This document shows, one piece after another, positions 27,137 to 36,059 of a stretch of 64,000 bases of DNA (within the stretch, counting starts at the first letter, position 1; each line of letters starts with the position of its first letter). Source of the DNA: Dehalococcoidia bacterium (GTDB lineage Bacteria; Chloroflexota; Dehalococcoidia; Lucifugimonadales; JAAXIE01); the NCBI GenBank assembly GCA_965248385.1, contig CBDFIZ010000002.1, forward strand, positions 949,904 through 1,013,903, in the 5' to 3' direction. A program made the position numbers and the translations under genes. A model generated the notes under the pieces. The model searched no databases. It was given only the letters and a program-made list of their open reading frames with translations, and was not told the DNA's origin.

Positions 27137-27892
27137 CTAGCGGAATAGGTCACGGGCTGAGGGGCGCACCAGTGCCTTGGCCCCTGAATCTCCGGGCGGG
27201 TAGCTGTAGCCGCGGACGATGGCCGCGGGAACACCCAAGGTCTTGCCTGTGACCAGTTCGGCAGCGCAGGCAAGCTCGTCGGCTATGGCGATCATGGTGG
27301 TGTAGAGTAGCTCGCCGTAGGCGTCGGACGTGCCCCGGTAGTCGGCCAAGGCGTGCATCCCCGCCACGCCGATGGCGACATTGGTCGCCCCCTCGCGCCA
27401 AGGGCGGCCAAAGGTGTCGGAGATTATCACTGCCATGTCTGCACCCTGCGCCTCGGCTATTCGTTGGCGGATGAGTCTTGCTGACTCGTCCGAGTCCACA
27501 GGTAAGAGGGCTACGGTTCCGGAACCTCCGGGGACGTTGGAGGCGTCCACCCCGGCATTGGCGCAGATGAAGCCGTGGGGGGTTTCGCTGATGATGGTGC
27601 CCCGGTCATTGCGCACGATGCGGGCGCTCTCCTGCAGCACAACCTCAGTGTGGCGGGGGTCCCGGTGAGTGCCATCAGAGAGGGCAATGGCCAGCGGAGA
27701 CGCGACGATGTCTTCCAAGCGCACCACTCGCCCCTCTGCCTTGGAGACAATCTTCTGGGTCACTACCAACACGTCCCCGGACTCCAGCGCCGACGTGCCG
27801 ACGCAGGCCTGCAGCAGCAGAGCAGGCAGGTCGTCCCCGCTCTGCACTTCAGGAATCCCCTCCACTGGTATGACCCGTATCTCCCCTGCCAT
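27137..27892 (-). CDS. cofE: coenzyme F420-0:L-glutamate ligase
   Basis: VLVVTQKIVSKAEGRVV and ICANAGVDASN motifs; 251 aa. Confidence 0.85.
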   Translation of the reverse strand: MAGEIRVIPVEGIPEVQSGDDLPALLLQACVGTSALESGDVLVVTQKIVSKAEGRVVRLEDIVASPLAIALSDGTHRDPRHTEVVLQESARIVRNDRGTIISETPHGFICANAGVDASNVPGGSGTVALLPVDSDESARLIRQRIAEAQGADMAVIISDTFGRPWREGATNVAIGVAGMHALADYRGTSDAYGELLYTTMIAIADELACAAELVTGKTLGVPAAIVRGYSYPPGDSGAKALVRPSARDLFR

Positions 27893-27984
27893 CTGCCGCC
27901 CCCCAATATCGATGAGTCCACGTGTGTGTTGCTAGGCCCATCCAGTGTAGCGACCCCTTGGGGGCTGTGCTACAATTTCGAATC

Positions 27985-28554
27985 ATGACTGCCGACGCCA
28001 AGGTATATACCAAGTACGGCGACACCGGGCAGACCAGCCTGCTTTACGGTGGTCGCGTCTCTAAGAACAGCCCTCACACTGAAGCCTACGGGATGACGGA
28101 CGAGGCTGTCTCGGCCATGGGATTGGCACGTGCCCTTTCGGAAGACCCCGAGGTCAAGGCCATCTTGAAGGAGCTACAGCGCGAGATGTTCACCGTGGGG
28201 GCCGAGTTGGCCACCGCCCCCGACCAATACGAGACGTACCAGAAGCACTTCAATCCTGTCACTGCCGAGATGGTGACACGATTGGAAGAGCTTATAGACC
28301 GGATGTTAGCCGAGGCGCCGCTGCCTCGTGTGTTCATCCTGCCCGGAGCATCCGGGTCCTCGGCGGCCATGGATATGGCCCGCTGCATGACCCGCACCGC
28401 CGAGCGTCGCGTTGTCGCCTTGGACGAAGTAGGCGGCCTGACCAACCCAGAAATACTGCGCTACCTCAACCGGGTGGGCGACCTGCTGTTCGTGCTGGCA
28501 CGGTACCAAGACCGCCATCTGCCCTTGGAAAAGGTCACTGGCGACCAAGACTGA
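27985..28554 (+). CDS. PduO-type ATP:cob(I)alamin adenosyltransferase
   Basis: YTKYGDTGQTSLLYGGRVSKNSPHTEAYGMTDE N-terminus. Start trimmed to the ATG at 27985. Confidence 0.85.
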   Translation: MTADAKVYTKYGDTGQTSLLYGGRVSKNSPHTEAYGMTDEAVSAMGLARALSEDPEVKAILKELQREMFTVGAELATAPDQYETYQKHFNPVTAEMVTRLEELIDRMLAEAPLPRVFILPGASGSSAAMDMARCMTRTAERRVVALDEVGGLTNPEILRYLNRVGDLLFVLARYQDRHLPLEKVTGDQD

Positions 28555-28714
28555 CGTGTCCTCCGAGGCCACCTTTGTCTCTTATTCGTTCCCCTTGAGC
28601 GGAAAGTGGTTTCGCGTAGATAGCGCCCCCCGCATAGTCAAAGAGCTTGCTCAGTACTCCTACGGGCACGCGACACTGGAGGCCAACACCCCCGCTTTAC
28701 GTGTCCCCTAAAGG

Positions 28715-29374
28715 ATGGCGCCCCCTTTGAGCCTTGAAGTATTCGTTGTGGACTACGAGATGGGCAACCTGCGTAGCGTTGCCCGAGCCTTGGAGAAGGC
28801 GGAGGCCTCGGTGAGGGTCAGTAGCGACCCGCTGGCCTTGGCCCAAGCCGACGCGGTGGTGCTGCCCGGCGTGGGGGCGGCCGATGCTGCCATGCGAGCG
28901 TTGCACTCCCGGGGCTTGGTTGGACCTATGAGGGAGTATGTGGCTACTGGACGCCCCTTCCTAGGGGTCTGCTTGGGAATGCAACTGCTGCTCCAAGCCA
29001 CCGAAGAGGGAGAGGCCCCTTGCTTGGGAATAGTGCCCGGCAAGGTGCGCCGCCTGCCTCCCGGCCAGAAGGTGCCGCACATGGGTTGGAACTGGGTCAA
29101 CTTCCGCCAGCAACACCCTGCTTTCGACGGCCTGGGCAGCGGAGGCTACTTCTACTTCGTCCACAGCTATTACCCCGATCCGGAGGATGACGAGTGTGTC
29201 GCGGGCGTAACCGACTACGGCGTCACCTTCTGCAGTGCGGTAGGGCGGGGCAACCTGACTGCCACTCAATTCCACCCCGAAAAAAGCGGGCCGACTGGCC
29301 TGAAGATATACCGCAATTTCGTTTCCTCAGCCGTCGAGTGGGCCTCCCGCTCCAGCTCCCGATCAGAGCGCTAG
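28715..29374 (+). CDS. hisH: imidazole glycerol phosphate synthase, glutamine amidotransferase subunit HisH
   Basis: VVDYEMGNLRSV, GVCLGMQLL catalytic Cys, FHPEKS. Confidence 0.93.
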   Translation: MAPPLSLEVFVVDYEMGNLRSVARALEKAEASVRVSSDPLALAQADAVVLPGVGAADAAMRALHSRGLVGPMREYVATGRPFLGVCLGMQLLLQATEEGEAPCLGIVPGKVRRLPPGQKVPHMGWNWVNFRQQHPAFDGLGSGGYFYFVHSYYPDPEDDECVAGVTDYGVTFCSAVGRGNLTATQFHPEKSGPTGLKIYRNFVSSAVEWASRSSSRSER

Positions 29375-29379
29375 GGGTC

Positions 29380-30096
29380 GTGGAAGTCATACCTGCCATC
29401 GACCTGCGCGGGGGCCGTTGCGTTCGCCTCTTCCAAGGCGACTACGCGCAAGAGACGGTCTTCTCCCATGACCCAGCCGAGGTGGCCCGCCGCTGGGAGA
29501 CTGCCGGAGCACCCCGCATCCATGTGGTAGACCTCGACGGGGCGCGCACTGGCCAGCAGGCCAACCGGGAGGCCATCGCCAGCATCGTGGCCGCCGTAAG
29601 CATCCCTCTTCAGGTTGGAGGTGGCGTCCGCACTATCGATGATGCCGAAGGGCTGGCATTTCTGGGTGTCGACCGGTTCGTGTTAGGCACAGCGGCCGTG
29701 CGCGACCCGGACTTGGTGGCCCGTCTCTGTCAGCAGTTCGGCGGCCAGCGCATCGTGGTCGCCGTCGACGCTCGCAACGGTCAAGTGGCCATTCAGGGTT
29801 GGCGGGAAGACACCAGCGTTACGGCCTCCGACTTGGTGAGCGAGATGACCGCTCTGGGCGTACCCCGCTTTCTCTACACCGACATATCCCGCGACGGCAC
29901 CCTCAGCCAGCCCAATTTCGACGCCCTCGCCCAACTGGTCAACAGCACCGCCAGCGCCATCCTGGCCTCCGGCGGCGTCTCACAGTTGGAACACCTGACA
30001 CGCCTGTCGGAGCTTGGCGCAGAAGGGGCCATACTAGGCCGAGCCCTGTATACCGGCGACATCGACTTGGCCCAAGCCATTCAAACGACGCGATAG
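29380..30096 (+). CDS. hisA: HisA (ProFAR isomerase)
   Basis: GTG start just after the hisH stop; VIPAIDLRGGRCVRLFQGDY; GG...SGGV motifs. Confidence 0.92.
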   Translation: MEVIPAIDLRGGRCVRLFQGDYAQETVFSHDPAEVARRWETAGAPRIHVVDLDGARTGQQANREAIASIVAAVSIPLQVGGGVRTIDDAEGLAFLGVDRFVLGTAAVRDPDLVARLCQQFGGQRIVVAVDARNGQVAIQGWREDTSVTASDLVSEMTALGVPRFLYTDISRDGTLSQPNFDALAQLVNSTASAILASGGVSQLEHLTRLSELGAEGAILGRALYTGDIDLAQAIQTTR

Positions 30097-30352
30097 TTGC
30101 TTGCGCTGGCGGAGTTAACTAGACGTCCGATCAACCGTCAGGACAGGGCTACTCCCCCAATCGCGAACGGCTACGCGGTGGAGTTGGGCCGCCAGAAGAC
30201 AATGGCGACGCTGGCGGTGAAGCCGGGGAGAATGGGCGAGCCTAGGGTGTGGAGGCCGTAGTTGGCGACCTCGTTCAAAGCGTCATCGTTGTGGGCCAGT
30301 ACCCGAACCACCCCCACGGGGAGCGTGCTTCTCCCCCTGAAGCCAATCCCTC

Positions 30353-31095
30353 TGACATCAGCCCGTTGACACGGCTGTCCTTCCCCACCTAGGCTCGACA
30401 TATGGCTCCAAAAACGCAATCAGCGAAAACACCCGTAGCAGGGCCGCCAGCAACGGGTGTCGGAAAACCCCTTGCCAATACCCCTTGTAACAACACGCCA
30501 CCGGGCAGACCCACGTGTAGCGGCCACGCCAACCTGCTACCTGCGTGGCCTCTCAATGGTACGTGTGTGTCCCATAAAAGCCCGTTATTTCGTAGCTGGA
30601 TTTACCCAAATGAGACAAATGAGACACATTACAGATACGGAGAATGCGTTTTTAGCTACGACCAGTGTCTCATCTGTACCCTTTCCAGATACGATTCTGG
30701 CCATGTCACTGAGACCAAAACGGTACACCATGTCTCACCCCATACACAGCCTTCCATACCCATGTCGGGCCAAGCGGACCGGATACAACGACGTCACAAA
30801 TGCACAGGCATCAGCTACGAAAACGTGAATTCGTGTGTCAACCCCTTGACTAAAGCAAAGCTGACGCATCGCTGCGCCGGTCCAAATCCCGGTACAATAA
30901 AATGCATACAATTTATGACGGATATAGCATTGGAAGTTAACGAGAGATGCAAAAGACTAGCATTGGAACACCACAAACACCACAAAATGCGAACGTCCAA
31001 GGCCAGTAATGCCGGTTGTCATGCCAAGACCTCCGGCAAAGCAGCAACGGACTCGTGAGAGGGCTAGAGCCTGCCCCGGACCCGGTCCGGGGGGT
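30353..31095 (+). ncRNA. structured noncoding locus B of the YYY-AGCTACG family
   Basis: Promoter box TGACA-N8-TTGACA-N18-TAGGCT; TCGTAGCT (30590) pairs with AGCTACGA (30654); ATGAGACA x2 (30610, 30619) with complements at 30666 and 30731; lower-GC 3' half with further tandem word duplications. Confidence 0.5.
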
Positions 31096-31340
31096 GACGG
31101 TGATTCACGGCGCTTTAACCATGCCACATACAACATTCGAAAGACCCTGGCCATTGCCCGCACTCTGTGGCCATCGGGGTCCACGACCCAGTACTCTTGA
31201 ATGTTGTGCCGGGGTATAGGTTCAGCTTGATTCGCCGGTCACGACTGGCCGTAGACGGCGACACCACCACACCGGTTTGCGCGTCCCAAGCTGCTGTTGT
31301 ACATTGAATCGTCAAATCATCACGCTGGTGGCGCAGGGAT

Positions 31341-31919
31341 ATGGTCGAGCACGCAGAACATAACGCAGACAGGGCAGCTAGGTGGCTCTCGCCCGACAGG
31401 GAGCTGGAGCTGGACCCGTTCAACGTGATAAATTACATGCCCATAGATCCCTACGACCGCGTGGCCGACATCGGCTGCGGTCCCGGCTATTTCACCATCC
31501 CCCTAGCCAAATACCTCGTCCACGGATTCCTTCATGCCTTGGATACTGACGAGGAGATGGTGGAGGTGACCCGTCGTCGCGTGGAAGCGTCGCGGCTGGG
31601 CCATGTGCAGGTGCAGGCCTGCCAGCCGACTGAGTTCCCCATTGAGGCGGGCTCACTTGATGGCGTTTTCCTGTCGCTGGTCGTGCATCATCATGGCTTG
31701 GACCGCGAAGCCTTCTTGAAGGCGGTCCGCGAGTTGCTGCGGCCCCGGGGCTGGTGCATCGTCTTGGAATGGCATGGCGAAGGCGGGCAGGACTCTCACT
31801 CTCACGACCACCGCATCGAGCCCGACGACCTACGCGGTCTGGCGCAGCGCTCAGGTTTCCGCTTCCAAAGTTGGCGCAAACTCAATGACGCTCAGTACAT
31901 GGCTACCCTCAGGAAATAG
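31341..31919 (+). CDS. class I SAM-dependent methyltransferase
   Basis: [16 protein letters not shown] motif I; 192 aa. Confidence 0.85.
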   Translation: MVEHAEHNADRAARWLSPDRELELDPFNVINYMPIDPYDRVADIGCGPGYFTIPLAKYLVHGFLHALDTDEEMVEVTRRRVEASRLGHVQVQACQPTEFPIEAGSLDGVFLSLVVHHHGLDREAFLKAVRELLRPRGWCIVLEWHGEGGQDSHSHDHRIEPDDLRGLAQRSGFRFQSWRKLNDAQYMATLRK

Positions 31920-31921
31920 CC

Positions 31922-32767
31922 GTGCTAACCAAGCGAATCATCCCTTGCTTGGATGTGGACGCGGGCCGTGTGGTGAAGGGTGTCAGCTTCGTTGACCTCA
32001 TTGACGCGGGCGATCCGGCTGAACTCGCCTCACTCTATGACCGCGAGGGGGCCGACGAGCTGGTGTTCCTCGACATCACCGCCAGTTCCGACCAACGGGA
32101 CACTATGGTGGATGTGGTCCACCGAGTGTCGGACCAAGTCTTCATCCCCCTAACCGTTGGTGGCGGCATCCGGACCATCCAAGACGTGCGACGCATGCTC
32201 CGGGCAGGGGCTGACAAGGTCTCGCTGAACACGGCCGCAGTGAACAACCCAAGCTTGGTGGCCGAGGGCGCCGCCAACTTCGGCAGCCAGTGCATCGTAG
32301 TTGCCATTGACGCTCGAAGCACCCAAGGGACCGACTCGTCCAACCGCCCCCATCCCGGCCTTCCCCCTTCCACGGGAAACGGACGACCCGATGGAGACCT
32401 AGCCGTCGACGAGCATACCCGCTGGGAGGTCTTCACCCACGGCGGTCGGACTCCCACTGGCATCGACGCCCTCAAGTGGGCGCGACGCGTGGTGGAGTTG
32501 GGGTCGGGGGAGTTGTTGCTCACCAGCATGGACAACGACGGCCACCAAGAGGGTTACGACCTAGAACTGATCCGGGCCATATCTGAGACCGTCCCTGTGC
32601 CCGTCATCGCCAGTGGCGGCGCGGGCAACCTAGACCACTTGGTCGATGCCCTGCTGCAGGGCAAGGCCGATGCCGTACTGGCCGCCAGCATCTTCCACTT
32701 CGGCACGTTTTCCATCGGCCAAGCCAAGGAGCACTTGGCATCTCGCAGCATACCGGTCCGTCTGTGA
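31922..32767 (+). CDS. hisF: imidazole glycerol phosphate synthase cyclase subunit HisF (with about 33-aa insertion)
   Basis: GTG start; [30 protein letters not shown]. Confidence 0.93.
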   Translation: MLTKRIIPCLDVDAGRVVKGVSFVDLIDAGDPAELASLYDREGADELVFLDITASSDQRDTMVDVVHRVSDQVFIPLTVGGGIRTIQDVRRMLRAGADKVSLNTAAVNNPSLVAEGAANFGSQCIVVAIDARSTQGTDSSNRPHPGLPPSTGNGRPDGDLAVDEHTRWEVFTHGGRTPTGIDALKWARRVVELGSGELLLTSMDNDGHQEGYDLELIRAISETVPVPVIASGGAGNLDHLVDALLQGKADAVLAASIFHFGTFSIGQAKEHLASRSIPVRL

Positions 32768-32844
32768 CCGACCTGGGAACTATCACGACAGAACCATAGA
32801 ATCATCACTCATAGAACCGTCACGAGGAGTAGTCGCGGAACGCT

Positions 32845-33555
32845 ATGGCAAACATCACCACAGTAATCTTTGACATGTACGAGACCCTAGCCCATAACTC
32901 GCCTGCCCTCTGGGTGGAGACCTTCCAGCGGATATGCGGTAGTCAAGAGTTGGCCGTCGACCACGAGGAGTTGTACCGCTGCTGGAAGTCATACGAAATG
33001 AACTTTCGGCACGAGAGGCTGAACCTAGAAGAGCCTGAGAAGAGCCCGCCTTTCCTGAGCTACGAGCAGGCTTGGGCAAGCTGCTTCCAACGCGCCTTCA
33101 AAGACTTGGAACTGCAGGCAGACGCCTCGGCGGCCGCCCGCACGGCTGTGGAGCACATGGGCGAGCGGGAGATATACCCCGACGCCCTACAGGCCCTGCC
33201 GGAGATACGCACTCGGTGGCGTACCGCGCTGCTCTCCAATGCCGATGACGACTATCTGAACTCCACCTTGGAACGGATAGCGGGCAGGTTCGAGGTGGTG
33301 CTCTCGTCGGAGCAGGCGCAGGCCTACAAGCCGCACCCACGGCCGTTCCTTCAAGTTGCGGAGCAGCTTTGCGCCGAGCCTGCCCAGTGCGCCTACGTGG
33401 GCGACAGTCAGTTTGACGATGTGTTGGGAGCCAGCCGAGTGGGCATGACCACCATCTGGGTGAGCCGCTCCGGGGCTGCCCCAGACCCCAACTTGCCAGC
33501 TCCCAACTATCAGGTCAGTGACCTTACTGAGATACCCGGACTCCTTGGGAGGTGA
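32845..33555 (+). CDS. HAD family hydrolase
   Basis: VIFDMYETL motif I; SNADD; GDSQFDDVLGA motif IV. Confidence 0.8.
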   Translation: MANITTVIFDMYETLAHNSPALWVETFQRICGSQELAVDHEELYRCWKSYEMNFRHERLNLEEPEKSPPFLSYEQAWASCFQRAFKDLELQADASAAARTAVEHMGEREIYPDALQALPEIRTRWRTALLSNADDDYLNSTLERIAGRFEVVLSSEQAQAYKPHPRPFLQVAEQLCAEPAQCAYVGDSQFDDVLGASRVGMTTIWVSRSGAAPDPNLPAPNYQVSDLTEIPGLLGR

Positions 33556-34181
33556 GGCATATGGATATGAAGCTGAACGAGCGTGGCCTGATGCCGGCTA
33601 TCGCACAGGATATCGACACCGGCCAAGTGCTGATGATGGGCTACATGAGCCCCGGCGCCTTGAAGCGCACTCTGGAAGGCGGCCAAGTGTGGTACTACAG
33701 CCGTAGCCGCGAGGACCTGTGGCACAAGGGAGAGGTGTCGGGCAACTACCTCAACCTCAAGGAAGCGTGGGTGGACTGCGACTCCGATACCATCCTCATG
33801 AAGGTCACGCCCGACGGCCCTACCTGTCACACCGGCGAGCCATCCTGCTTCTTTACCCCTCTCGACACCATGCCCGAAGGCTTCCATAGCGAGGAGGCCA
33901 GCGCTGATATCCTGGAAGAGCTCTTCTCCACCATTCAGGATCGGAAGCGCGACCTGCCCGAAGGCAGCTACACCGCCGAGCTCTTGCGCAGGGGTGTAGG
34001 CCGCGTTGCCCAAAAGGTAATCGAGGAAGCTGGAGAGACGGCTCTAGCCGCAGCCCAAGGCGACACCGACAGCCTTCCCGCCGAAGCCGCCGACCTCCTC
34101 TACCACACCCTAGTCCTGCTGGCCGCCTCCGGCGTCACCCCCAACCAAGTGTGGGAAGAACTGCGCTCGCGCCGACGGTAA
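33552..34181 (+). CDS. hisI: bifunctional phosphoribosyl-AMP cyclohydrolase/phosphoribosyl-ATP diphosphatase HisIE
   Basis: PAIAQD..TGQVLMMGYM, CHTGEPSCF, then the HisE helix LEELFSTIQDRK...EAADLLYH. The start could be GTG 33552 or ATG 33561/33567. Confidence 0.92.
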   Translation: MRHMDMKLNERGLMPAIAQDIDTGQVLMMGYMSPGALKRTLEGGQVWYYSRSREDLWHKGEVSGNYLNLKEAWVDCDSDTILMKVTPDGPTCHTGEPSCFFTPLDTMPEGFHSEEASADILEELFSTIQDRKRDLPEGSYTAELLRRGVGRVAQKVIEEAGETALAAAQGDTDSLPAEAADLLYHTLVLLAASGVTPNQVWEELRSRRR

Positions 34182-34184
34182 CGC

Positions 34185-34199
34185 GGCCCAACGTGGGCC
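34185..34199. terminator. hairpin between convergent hisIE and cupin genes
   Basis: GGCCCA-acg-TGGGCC perfect stem; no clear U-tract. Confidence 0.35.
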
Positions 34200-34212
34200 A
34201 GGGACGCCCCGG

Positions 34213-34560
34213 CTAGTCCACGAATTCGGTGGTAGGGTTGTCCGTCGGGAAGATGGTGAACATGCGGGCTTCGGCGTCGGTGTGGTTCACCAGCTTGTGG
34301 GGCGTGTTTGGCGGGGCAAGCAGGGTGTGGCCCGGCGTCACAGTGCGCGACTCGTCGCCCACCACCATCTCCACGCTGCCCTCGAAAAGCACGATGGCCT
34401 CGTCCGTCGGGTGAGTGTGCAGCCGGAGGGCCGACCCGCCATCCATCACCAACTCGCCCACAGTCAGGTTGGCGGCCCCAGCGTCCTTGTTCACGAAGCG
34501 CCGTGCCCTGCGTCCCTCGGCCTCTTCATATGGCGTGTCGCTATTGTTGATAATCGGCAT
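34213..34560 (-). CDS. cupin domain protein
   Basis: G..LRLHTHPTDE...V..G, 115 aa (cupin_2 signature). Confidence 0.8.
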   Translation of the reverse strand: MPIINNSDTPYEEAEGRRARRFVNKDAGAANLTVGELVMDGGSALRLHTHPTDEAIVLFEGSVEMVVGDESRTVTPGHTLLAPPNTPHKLVNHTDAEARMFTIFPTDNPTTEFVD

Positions 34561-34714
34561 ATTGATCCTTCCTAAGCGGGTGTTGGCACGATTCTAGCGG
34601 CGGCACGCGTTGTGGGCAACGCTTGGAGGGCTGGGCCGCACACCGTCGCGCCTTCGCGAGTCACATGCTCTCCGACCTGCACGCGGTTGACGGCTCGGCT
34701 CCATTCTCTCCGTT

Positions 34715-35341
34715 TCACACCACGACTCCCCAGTGAATGGCTACGGTCCCGAAGGCCAAGAGGCGCGAGCCAGTGTCCTGAAGGCCCGCAGCCCCGAAGA
34801 GCTCGCGGACTCCCTCGCGGGTGAAGAAGCGGTCGACTGAGCGGGGCAGGTAGGTGTAGGCCCGGCGGTCGCCCGCGACCAACTGACCTGCCAAGGGAAC
34901 CAGCCAATGGAAGTAGGGGCGGAAAAGGGGGCGCAGAGGGCTGCCTTCCCGAAGCGGGATGATTTCCAGAATCACCACCTTGCCACCGGGCTGCACCACT
35001 CGCGCGAGCTCGGCCAGCGTAGCGTGTACGTCGGGCATGTTACGCAGGCCGAAGCCCGATGTGGCGCAGCAAAAGGTGTCGTCGGGAAAGGGCAACGAGA
35101 GGGCGTCGCCCACCACCAGGTTCAGTCTGTCCTTGGACTTGGCCCGGGCCATCTGCACCATCTGAGGCACGATGTCCAAACCAACCACGCTCTGAATACC
35201 CGGCTGGCGGTCCAGCGCTAAGGCGAAGTCGCCGGTGCCGGTGGCGATGTCCAGCGCGATGCCGGGAGGGCCGGTGGCGGCGATACGGGCGGCTTGGGTT
35301 CTCCACCGATAGTGCATACCGCCGGTCATCAGAGTGTTCAT
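34715..35341 (-). CDS. ubiE: demethylmenaquinone/ubiquinone C-methyltransferase UbiE/MenG (5' end unresolved)
   Basis: LDIATGTGDFAL SAM motif, GFGLRNMPD. Family-like sequence YVRELFARIAGRYDLMN continues in frame upstream of the first ATG without a canonical start. Confidence 0.85.
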   Translation of the reverse strand: MNTLMTGGMHYRWRTQAARIAATGPPGIALDIATGTGDFALALDRQPGIQSVVGLDIVPQMVQMARAKSKDRLNLVVGDALSLPFPDDTFCCATSGFGLRNMPDVHATLAELARVVQPGGKVVILEIIPLREGSPLRPLFRPYFHWLVPLAGQLVAGDRRAYTYLPRSVDRFFTREGVRELFGAAGLQDTGSRLLAFGTVAIHWGVVV

Positions 35342-35456
35342 TAGGTCGTAGCGACCGGCGATACGGGCGAACAGCTCCCGTACGTAGGCTCGTCGCTCGT
35401 CGCCCGATAACTCCGCCCCTGAGACCTCCGGCCCTCGAGTTTTCCGACATGTTCGC

Positions 35457-36059
35457 TCAGGCTTCGTCGGGTCGGTACTGAAGCCCTTGTTCTAGGGTTT
35501 CGTCCACGCCCAGCGCCACCAATATGCGGCCTACAACGAATTTCACCACGTCATCGATGCTCTGGGGCCGGAGGTAGAATGCCGGGTCGGGTGGGAGAAC
35601 CACAGTCCCCATGCGACTCAGGGTCAGCAGATTCTCTAGGTGAGTAGCGTGCAGGGGAGTCTCCCGGGGCACCACCACCAGTTGTCTTCGCTCCTTGAGG
35701 CACACGTCAGCGGAACGTAGCAGCAGGTTGGACGCTAGGCCGTGGGCGATGGATGCAATGCTGTTCATGCTGCAGGGCACCACCACCATGCCGCGGGTGG
35801 GGAAAGTGCCACTCGCGATGGGGGCGCGCATGTCGCTGATGGCATAGTGCCGGAAGTGGGGGTGCTCCCGCCACCGGGCTAGTTCTTCGTTGAAGGGCTG
35901 GTCCATTTCCTCGTGCCACACCAGCCGGGCGTCATTGGAACACACAAGGATGGTGGGGATGTCGCGCAGCAGCAACTCATCGACTGTGGCCTTGGCCATG
36001 AGCGATCCACTGGCCCCGGAGATTCCCACTATTACAGGCTTGCCATCGCCGGGCATCAT
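35457..36059 (-). CDS. ubiX: flavin prenyltransferase UbiX
   Basis: VGISGASGS N-terminus; 200 aa; adjacent to ubiD and ubiA. Confidence 0.92.
   Translation of the reverse strand: MMPGDGKPVIVGISGASGSLMAKATVDELLLRDIPTILVCSNDARLVWHEEMDQPFNEELARWREHPHFRHYAISDMRAPIASGTFPTRGMVVVPCSMNSIASIAHGLASNLLLRSADVCLKERRQLVVVPRETPLHATHLENLLTLSRMGTVVLPPDPAFYLRPQSIDDVVKFVVGRILVALGVDETLEQGLQYRPDEA

Noticed and set aside
30171-30419. 82-aa minus-strand ORF after hisA; a GC3-rich 55-codon tail (VGVVRVLAHNDDALNEVANYGLHTLGSPILPGFTASVAIVFWRPNSTA)
   Set aside because: Its codon bias hints at real or former coding sequence. However, its 5' part overlaps the locus B promoter box, there is no convincing start or RBS, and no family is recognised. 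It may be a gene remnant and is not called
30402-31058. 218-aa (and overlapping 123-aa) ORFs spanning locus B, plus similar ORFs in locus A (20065-20337), locus C (40771-41205) and locus D (58812-59189)
   Set aside because: The blocks conserved between loci (CAGATAC...AGCTACGACC) fall in different reading frames. A 21 versus 22 nt spacing breaks any frame, and in unit A3 a stop codon separates the ATG words from the core. The translated sequences show no protein-like conservation, and there are no RBSs. The conservation is at the nucleotide or structure level
34572-34907. 111-aa Arg/Pro-rich minus-strand ORF between the cupin and ubiE genes
   Set aside because: It overlaps the ubiE 3' end in another frame and has low-complexity composition with no support
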